Shown: in pieces, positions 57,390 to 64,000 of the stretch
How positions within the stretch are numbered: position 1 is the stretch's first letter
Layout: every line of letters begins with the position of its first letter
Assembly: GCA_003216895.1 (NCBI GenBank)
Contig: QCID01000007.1
Span: 5,102-69,101, forward strand
Source: Prochlorococcus sp. AG-402-K04
GTDB taxonomy: Bacteria; Cyanobacteriota; Cyanobacteriia; PCC-6307; Cyanobiaceae
Direction: 5' to 3'
Length of the DNA: 64,000 nucleotides
Position numbers and translations under genes: made by a program
The notes under the pieces: generated by a model
What the model saw: only the letters and a program-made list of their open reading frames with translations
Databases searched by the model: none
Told to the model about the DNA's origin: nothing

Positions 57390-57545
57390 CCAAGTTAATA
57401 AAAAGTTGAAAGTATTATATTTACTAGCTAGCTTAATGCCATAAAATGAAGTTCAAAATGAAAATTATTTTTTCCTATTGAACTTGAACAGAAAAATTAT
57501 TTTGCAGGAGCTAAAGCCATAGATAACAAACAAAAGGCAACTAAT

Positions 57546-58673
57546 TTGGTTCTCAAGCCAGGCTTAGAGGGGGTTCCAGTAACCAAATCAGGAATATGTG
57601 AAATTAACGGATCAAAAGGAAATCTCAACTATAGGGGTTATCCAATATCTGAACTAGCCCAAAAAAGTAGTTTCCTAGAAACTGCTTTTCTATTGATATG
57701 GGGTGAACTTCCTACTGCATATGAACTCCAAAAATTTGAAGAAGACGTTCAAATGCACAGACGAGTGAGCTTTCGAATTAGAGATATGCTGAAGTGTTTT
57801 CCAGAATCTGGGCATCCTATGGATGCTCTGCAAGCAAGTGCTGCATCGCTGGGCCTCTTTTATTCTCGAAGAGCAATTGATGATCCAAAATACATCTACG
57901 ACGCAGTCGTGAGATTAATTGCAAAAATTCCAACTATGGTTGCTGCTTTTGAGCAAATAAGAAAAGGAGACGATCCAATTCAACCCCAGGATGATTTACC
58001 GTATTCTTCTAACTTCCTCTATATGCTCACCGAGAGAGAACCAAATCCTCTTGCAGCAAGAGTTTTCGACAGATGCTTAATTCTTCATGCAGAGCACAGT
58101 CTCAATGCGAGTACGTTTAGCGCAAGAGTAACTGCAAGCACACTAACTGATCCATATGCTGTTGTAGCCTCTGCCGTTGGGACATTGGCTGGACCTCTTC
58201 ATGGAGGGGCCAATGAAGATGTGATAGCAATGCTAGAAGAAATTGGAATACCTGACAAAGCCTCTTCATTTCTAAATGAAGCAATTGCAAAAAAAAGAAA
58301 AATAATGGGTTTTGGACATAGAGAATATCGTGTCAAAGACCCTAGAGCTACGATTTTACAAGATTTTGCAGAGGCGCTTTTCTCTGAATTTGGTAAAGAT
58401 GAAATGTATGAAGTAGCCAAAGCACTTGAAGAAGAGGCTATTTCCAAACTAGGACCCAAAGGTATATTCCCAAATGTTGACTTTTACTCCGGACTTGTTT
58501 ACCGAAAGCTTGGCATTCCTCGAGATCTTTTTACCCCAGTTTTTGCAATTTCAAGAGTTGCTGGTTGGTTGGCTCACTGGAGAGAACAACTTGGAGCAAA
58601 TAGAATTTTTAGACCATCACAAATTTATGAAGGATCAAAAGTCAGAAATTGGAAGACCCTTGAGAGCAGATGA
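57546..58673 (+). CDS. gltA: Citrate synthase
   Basis: GLEGVP, HAEHSLNASTF, GPLHGGANE, GFGHR, PNVDFYSG. Confidence 0.97.
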   Translation: MVLKPGLEGVPVTKSGICEINGSKGNLNYRGYPISELAQKSSFLETAFLLIWGELPTAYELQKFEEDVQMHRRVSFRIRDMLKCFPESGHPMDALQASAASLGLFYSRRAIDDPKYIYDAVVRLIAKIPTMVAAFEQIRKGDDPIQPQDDLPYSSNFLYMLTEREPNPLAARVFDRCLILHAEHSLNASTFSARVTASTLTDPYAVVASAVGTLAGPLHGGANEDVIAMLEEIGIPDKASSFLNEAIAKKRKIMGFGHREYRVKDPRATILQDFAEALFSEFGKDEMYEVAKALEEEAISKLGPKGIFPNVDFYSGLVYRKLGIPRDLFTPVFAISRVAGWLAHWREQLGANRIFRPSQIYEGSKVRNWKTLESR

Positions 58674-58748
58674 TTTGGTATTTATTTCTTTGAATTTAAA
58701 TTTACTTGAAAAATTACACTAACCTTATTAGTAGATTGAGTATTAGAA

Positions 58749-59867
58749 GTGAATTCAGGAATAGACCTTGAGATGAGTTTTACCCAAGGTGTTCAAAACC
58801 TTGGTCTATCGCATGAATTAGCTCATCTTTTATGGATCCCTCTTCCAATGCTTTTAGTATTGGTATCTGCTGTTATTGGTGTACTTGTAACAGTTTGGCT
58901 GGAACGAAAAATTTCTGCAGCTGCCCAACAGAGGATTGGACCTGAGTATGCAGGTGCTCTTGGTATTCTTCAGCCCATGGCGGATGGTTTAAAGCTTTTA
59001 GTAAAAGAAGACATTATTCCAGCAAAGGCAGACAGTGTTCTTTTTACAGTTGGTCCAATATTAGTTTTAGTTCCTGTAATTCTCTCTTGGTTAATTGTTC
59101 CTTTTGGTCAAAATCTTTTAATTAGCAATGTAGGCATAGGAATCTTTTTATGGATTGCCCTAAGTAGTATTCAACCCATTGGTCTTCTGATGAGCGGCTA
59201 CTCTTCCAATAATAAATATTCTTTGTTAGGTGGACTTAGAGCTGCCGCTCAATCAATTAGTTATGAAATTCCACTCGCGCTAGCGGTTTTGGCAATAGTT
59301 ATGATGAGCAATTCATTGAGTACTGTTGATATAGTTGAGCAACAAAATACTGCTGGTTTTCTTAGTTGGAACATATGGCGACAACCTGTAGGTTTTATTA
59401 TTTTTTGGATCTGTGCATTAGCTGAATGCGAAAGACTACCTTTTGATTTACCGGAGGCAGAAGAAGAACTTGTAGCTGGTTATCAAACTGAGTACGCAGG
59501 TATGAAATTTGCTCTGTTTTACTTGGCTGGATACATCAATCTTGTTTTATCTGCCTTACTTGTTTCCGTTCTTTACTTAGGAGGATGGGGTTTTCCAATA
59601 TCAATTGATTGGTTTTCATCTTTGATAGGTCTCTCAATTGATAATCCATTAGTTCAAATTATTGCTGCATCTCTTGGAATTGTTATGACAATTCTCAAGG
59701 CTTATTTACTGGTTTTTTTAGCAATCTTATTGAGATGGACTACTCCAAGAGTTCGGATTGATCAACTCCTTGATTTAGGGTGGAAGTTTCTTTTACCTAT
59801 TTCATTGGTCAATTTACTTGTGACTGCTTCACTTAAATTGGCATTTCCTATGACATTTGGCGGATAA
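58749..59867 (+). CDS. ndhA: NDH-1 subunit A (NuoH)
   Basis: [38 protein letters not shown]. Confidence 0.97.
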   Translation: MNSGIDLEMSFTQGVQNLGLSHELAHLLWIPLPMLLVLVSAVIGVLVTVWLERKISAAAQQRIGPEYAGALGILQPMADGLKLLVKEDIIPAKADSVLFTVGPILVLVPVILSWLIVPFGQNLLISNVGIGIFLWIALSSIQPIGLLMSGYSSNNKYSLLGGLRAAAQSISYEIPLALAVLAIVMMSNSLSTVDIVEQQNTAGFLSWNIWRQPVGFIIFWICALAECERLPFDLPEAEEELVAGYQTEYAGMKFALFYLAGYINLVLSALLVSVLYLGGWGFPISIDWFSSLIGLSIDNPLVQIIAASLGIVMTILKAYLLVFLAILLRWTTPRVRIDQLLDLGWKFLLPISLVNLLVTASLKLAFPMTFGG

Positions 59868-59977
59868 AAGAAAAGCAACACAATCGCAACTTATTTTTGG
59901 GTAAAAGTACCTACATTTACTTGAAAAAAACTGTATAATGACTAATGTAATTAAAGGCCGCCGGCAGCAAATTTAAT

Positions 59978-60631
59978 ATGCTTGGTTTCCTTGAAAAAGT
60001 TGCTGACTACACTAAAGAAGCCGTTAGTGCAGCGAAATATTTAGTTGATGGACTAGGCGTTACTTTCGACCACATGCGTCGCAGGCCTGTAACGGTTCAA
60101 TATCCTTACGAAAAACTAATTCCATCTGAGCGCTATAGAGGAAGGATTCATTATGAATTTGACAAGTGTATTGCTTGCGAGGTTTGTGTAAGGGTATGCC
60201 CAATCAATCTTCCAGTTGTTGATTGGGTCATGAATAAAGAAACAAAGAAAAAAGAATTGAGAAATTATTCGATTGACTTTGGTGCATGTATTTTTTGTGG
60301 AAATTGCGTTGAGTATTGCCCTACCAATTGCTTATCAATGACAGAAGAATATGAACTGGCTGCATTTGATAGACATAGCCTGAACTATGACAATGTTGCT
60401 CTTGGAAGATTACCAACAAGTGTAACTTCAGATCCCTCAGTTCGGCCTCTCAGAGAATTAGCTTATTTGCCCGAGGGAATTATGGACCCTCATGAATTAC
60501 CTACGAATCTGAAAAGAACAGGCAAGCTTCCAAGTGAGATAATAAAAGAACTCCAAACAGAGAAATCAAAAAAAGAAAATAATAATAATTCGTCCGATAT
60601 GGTTCCAAATCAATCAAATTCTACTAATTAA
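59978..60631 (+). CDS. ndhI: NDH-1 subunit I
   Basis: Two CxxCxxCxxxCP 4Fe-4S motifs, TVQYPYE. Confidence 0.97.
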   Translation: MLGFLEKVADYTKEAVSAAKYLVDGLGVTFDHMRRRPVTVQYPYEKLIPSERYRGRIHYEFDKCIACEVCVRVCPINLPVVDWVMNKETKKKELRNYSIDFGACIFCGNCVEYCPTNCLSMTEEYELAAFDRHSLNYDNVALGRLPTSVTSDPSVRPLRELAYLPEGIMDPHELPTNLKRTGKLPSEIIKELQTEKSKKENNNNSSDMVPNQSNSTN

Positions 60632-61233
60632 TGAATATCGCTTATTCAACAGAATTAATTTGCTTTTTAATTCTTAGTTCTGTCATAGTATCTGGAAGTT
60701 TAGCAGTTGTTTTATTAGAAAATATTGTTTACTCAGCTTTTTTATTAGGCGGAGTATTTATGGCTGTAGCAGGTTTATATCTTTTACTAAATGCTAGTTT
60801 CGTCGCTGCAGCTCAAATTCTTGTATATGTAGGAGCTGTAAATGTTTTGATATTATTTGCAATTATGTTGGTTAATAAGAAAGAAAAGTTAAAACCAATT
60901 GATGGTCTTAAAACTAGAAAATTGATATCCGGTGGAGTTTGTGGTGGATTATTAATTTTATTATTGCGTGTTAGCATTACTACTGATTGGAACATACCTG
61001 GACCAACCTCTATTGGTGAAGAAGCAACTGAGAGAATTGGTGAACATCTATTCACAGATTATTTATTACCTTTTGAACTTGCTTCAATTCTTTTATTAAT
61101 GGCTATGATTGGAGCAATTGTATTAGCGAGAAGAGATGTCTCAATTACAAACGATAATATAAATGATTTAACGAATCAAAAGTCCTTAAGTGATAAGAAA
61201 ATTCGTCTCCTTTCCGAAAATAGTTTAAAATGA
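60631..61233 (+). CDS. ndhG: NDH-1 subunit G (NuoJ)
   Basis: [21 protein letters not shown]. Confidence 0.96.
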   Translation: MNIAYSTELICFLILSSVIVSGSLAVVLLENIVYSAFLLGGVFMAVAGLYLLLNASFVAAAQILVYVGAVNVLILFAIMLVNKKEKLKPIDGLKTRKLISGGVCGGLLILLLRVSITTDWNIPGPTSIGEEATERIGEHLFTDYLLPFELASILLLMAMIGAIVLARRDVSITNDNINDLTNQKSLSDKKIRLLSENSLK

Positions 61234-61267
61234 ATTCAAATATGTATGTAAAATTTACCAACTGAAT

Positions 61268-61597
61268 ATGTTAGAAAATCCTATTGGACCAGTACCTCTT
61301 CAGGCTTATCTTATAGTTGCTGCTTTTCTTTTCTGCACAGGTGTCTGGGGATTAATAAATAGTCGAAATGCTGTACGAGTTTTAATGAGTATTGAATTAA
61401 TGTTAAATGCAGTGAATATAAATCTGATGAGTTTTTCATCCTATATAGATGGATCAATAATTAGAGGACAAGTTTTTTCAATTTTTGTCATCACAGTAGC
61501 GGCGGCCGAGGCGGCAGTTGGACTAGCAATACTACTTTCATTGTATAGGAATAGAGTTACTATTGATATGGAAAGTTTCAATCTACTTAAATGGTAG
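61268..61597 (+). CDS. ndhE: NDH-1 subunit E (NuoK)
   Basis: [19 protein letters not shown]. Confidence 0.96.
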   Translation: MLENPIGPVPLQAYLIVAAFLFCTGVWGLINSRNAVRVLMSIELMLNAVNINLMSFSSYIDGSIIRGQVFSIFVITVAAAEAAVGLAILLSLYRNRVTIDMESFNLLKW

Positions 61598-61606
61598 GTA
61601 TTATCA

Positions 61607-62512
61607 ATGACAACAAATCTGATCTGGATCTTATATAGATCAGATAGCGATACTGCTTATAACGAAACCTTAAATTGTAAGAAAATAATTGAAGGTTATG
61701 GAAAAAAAGTTTTCTTCTCAGAAATAAGTAATGAAACTAATAATATTAATCAATTATTTTCAGTATCTGAGGATTTACCGGAAATCGCTCTTATTTTGGG
61801 AGGTGATGGAACAGTTTTAAGGGCAGCCAGATTTTTATCCCCAAAAAACATACCTATTTTAAGTTTCAATGTTGGAGGGAATCTAGGATTTTTAACTCAC
61901 GATCGTCATATCTTAAAGCAAGCGAATTTTTGGGAAAGAGTTTCAAATAATAGATTTAATATTCAAAAAAGAATGATGCTTGAAGCAACTGTATTTAGCG
62001 AAGAGAATAATCATGAAAAAAAAATTAAAAGAACATTTTTTGCACTCAATGATTTTTATTTACGATCTTGTACAAATGAAATTGCACCTACTTGCAGCCT
62101 TGAGCTAGAAATAGATGGTGAAGCTGTTGACAAATACAAAGGAGATGGACTTATCTTTTCAACACCAACAGGTTCCACTGCTTACTCTATGGCCGCAGGA
62201 GGGCCAATAATACACCCTTCATTAGACGCACTTATTATTAGTGCCATATGTCCAATGAGTCTGGCCAGTAGACCAATTGTGGTCCCTCCTGAATCTCAAT
62301 TAGTAGTAAAGCCAATAAGAGAAAAGAAGCAAAAAATAAAGCTATGGTTAGATGGATCTAGTGGGTGTCTAATTGAAGCCAATAATACATGCTTAATAAA
62401 GAAATCTAATCATTCAACTTCAATCATAATTTTAGATGAAAATCTTTCTTATTATAAAACAATCACTCAAAAACTACATTGGGCAAGCAGCCTTATTGAA
62501 AATAGCAAATAA
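61607..62512 (+). CDS. nadK: NAD kinase
   Basis: LGGDGTVL, GNLGFL, ALND, DGLIFSTPTGSTAYS. Confidence 0.95.
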   Translation: MTTNLIWILYRSDSDTAYNETLNCKKIIEGYGKKVFFSEISNETNNINQLFSVSEDLPEIALILGGDGTVLRAARFLSPKNIPILSFNVGGNLGFLTHDRHILKQANFWERVSNNRFNIQKRMMLEATVFSEENNHEKKIKRTFFALNDFYLRSCTNEIAPTCSLELEIDGEAVDKYKGDGLIFSTPTGSTAYSMAAGGPIIHPSLDALIISAICPMSLASRPIVVPPESQLVVKPIREKKQKIKLWLDGSSGCLIEANNTCLIKKSNHSTSIIILDENLSYYKTITQKLHWASSLIENSK

Positions 62513-62518
62513 TAAACT

Positions 62519-63019
62519 ATGGGAATAGAAATCGAAAGAAGATTCTTAGTTGAAAATGAAGATTGGAAATCTGATGTAATACTCAGTGAAGATTTTAGTC
62601 AAGCCTATTTAAATTCAAGCGTAGATGAATGGACTACTAGAGTTAGGATAATAGACAACAATGCAGCTTACTTAACATTAAAATCCTCTTTAAATGTATT
62701 AGCAAACTATGAGTTTGAATATTCAATTCCTATTAAAGATGCTATTGAATTAACTAAATTATCAAAATATAAAATTACTAAAACTCGCTATCAACTCAAA
62801 ATAAATAAAAAAATTTGGGTAGTTGATCTGTTTGATGGATCAAATTCTTCTTTAAAAATTGCTGAAATTGAATTAAATTCTGAATCCGAAGAAATTCAAG
62901 TCCCATCATGGTGTGGTCAAGAGATAACTGGAATCAAATCATTAAGTAATGCTTCTCTTGCCAAAAGACCTATTTCTGAATTTTCAGTTAAAGATCGAGT
63001 GCAAGTCAAACAATCCTAA
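62519..63019 (+). CDS. CYTH domain protein
   Basis: EIERRF, RVR, EFEY, KTRY, AEIEL. Confidence 0.9.
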   Translation: MGIEIERRFLVENEDWKSDVILSEDFSQAYLNSSVDEWTTRVRIIDNNAAYLTLKSSLNVLANYEFEYSIPIKDAIELTKLSKYKITKTRYQLKINKKIWVVDLFDGSNSSLKIAEIELNSESEEIQVPSWCGQEITGIKSLSNASLAKRPISEFSVKDRVQVKQS

Positions 63020-63102
63020 ACAAAAAGACAACTCGTCCTTTAGATTGTCTTTAGAATCCTACCGACACTCCCTAACTATGCATCCTTTGCAGGAGGTGTA
63101 AC

Positions 63103-63252
63103 TTGTATGGTCTTTACGACACTGAAGGAATACTTCGCTTCACTTGTAATGACAAGGAAGCTTGCATTGCATATGCAAAGTTATTTGAGCTTTCATCAAT
63201 TGAATTTTCTCTAATGCCCTTATCAGATATCAGTGAAGACGAAAATAATTAA
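63103..63252 (+). CDS. Small hypothetical protein, 49 aa (below ORF-track cutoff)
   Basis: AGGAGG SD at 63091-63096, TTG start 6 nt later; MYGLYDTEGILRFTCNDKEACIAYAKLFELSSIEFSLMPLSDISEDENN; stop 5 nt from the convergent pedR stop. Confidence 0.75.
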   Translation: MYGLYDTEGILRFTCNDKEACIAYAKLFELSSIEFSLMPLSDISEDENN

Positions 63253-63257
63253 ATCTT

Positions 63258-63530
63258 CTAAGAGGCTGTTTCATCTGGCAAAGAACAACAATTGAATCCA
63301 TCACGGCATATCTTTCCATGATCCATTGCCCAGTTCAATAAAGCTACTCTATTTTTTGAACCTGTTTTTGTGAACATATTGCTCACATGATTATCTACAG
63401 TTCTTTTGCTAATTGTCAGTTTCTGGGCAATCTCTTGATTAGTTAGGCCATCTGCAACCAATCCAATAATCTCCATTTCCCGTGCTGAGAGTCCCATATG
63501 GGACGAATTAGCGATCTCTCCTGTAAACAT
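63258..63530 (-). CDS. pedR: Small LuxR-type redox regulator PedR-like
   Basis: Stand-alone LuxR HTH (LSAREMEII...TNQEIA...TVDNH) with C-terminal CRDGFNCC. Confidence 0.8.
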   Translation of the reverse strand: MFTGEIANSSHMGLSAREMEIIGLVADGLTNQEIAQKLTISKRTVDNHVSNMFTKTGSKNRVALLNWAMDHGKICRDGFNCCSLPDETAS

Positions 63531-63614
63531 TCACCTCACTCACAACTCATTAATTAATACTACTTAGATTAGGGCCTTTAATCACCGATAGTAATTATCT
63601 AGTAAAAAATACAT

Positions 63615-64000
63615 GTGAAATCTACACTTCAAAATCGTCTTGAATCTGGCTTATCAGCTATTACGGCTGAGATCATGCCTCCTAGGGGTGGTAATACAGC
63701 TTTAGCTCTCTCAAAAGCCATCAAATTAAAAGACCTTGTGCATGGTTTTAATGTTACTGATGGCAGCAGGGCAATCATGAGAATGAGCAGCCTAGCCTTA
63801 TGCAAGCTGCTTTTAGAGGAAAATCTTGAACCAGTCCTGCAATTATCATGTAGAGATAGGAATCGAATCGCATTGCAAGCTGAATTACTCGGAGCCCATG
63901 CTTTAGGAATAAATAATATCCTCTGTTTAACTGGCGATCCTGTACGAGTAGGAGACCAATCTCAAGCCAAATCAGTTCAAGATTTAAACTCAATAGAACT
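63615..64000 (+). CDS. metF: Methylenetetrahydrofolate reductase (5' part, runs off the window)
   Basis: GTG start; ITAEIMPPRG, NVTDG, CRDRNRIALQ, LCLTGD (manual translation). Confidence 0.9.
   Translation, partial: MKSTLQNRLESGLSAITAEIMPPRGGNTALALSKAIKLKDLVHGFNVTDGSRAIMRMSSLALCKLLLEENLEPVLQLSCRDRNRIALQAELLGAHALGINNILCLTGDPVRVGDQSQAKSVQDLNSIE

Noticed and set aside
63167-63178. Palindrome TTGCATATGCAA resembling the 8793 dyad
   Set aside because: Lies inside the small CDS with different spacing; likely coincidental.
63775-63993. 72-aa minus-strand ORF
   Set aside because: Antisense to metF.

Overview
AT-rich, gene-dense core-genome segment of a marine picocyanobacterium. It is most consistent with a low-light Prochlorococcus (LLI/NATL-like); this is inferred from gene order, low GC and compact or overlapping genes. 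It holds about 60 housekeeping CDS: mutS2 (partial), hemB, a bicA-sbtA-sbtB bicarbonate uptake cluster, a TrxB-fold reductase, eno, clpB, secE-nusG-rplKAJL, rnhA, pyrD, murG, pgk, relA/spoT, mnmE, nadC, argS, prfB (programmed +1 frameshift), grxC-gshB, the men cluster, ndhH, chlM, purE, cysC, trpB, gltA, ndhAIGE-nadK, pedR and metF (partial). I see no tRNA/rRNA, CRISPR, IS or prophage, and no clearly novel multi-gene system. The best leads are: an unlisted 49-aa ORF with a perfect but hairpin-sequestered SD next to pedR; a thioredoxin reductase lacking the NADPH motifs (DTR/FFTR type) convergent on sbtAB; a palindrome-rich divergent intergenic region at about 8.6-8.9 kb; and cis-regulatory RNA structures in the rpl operon.
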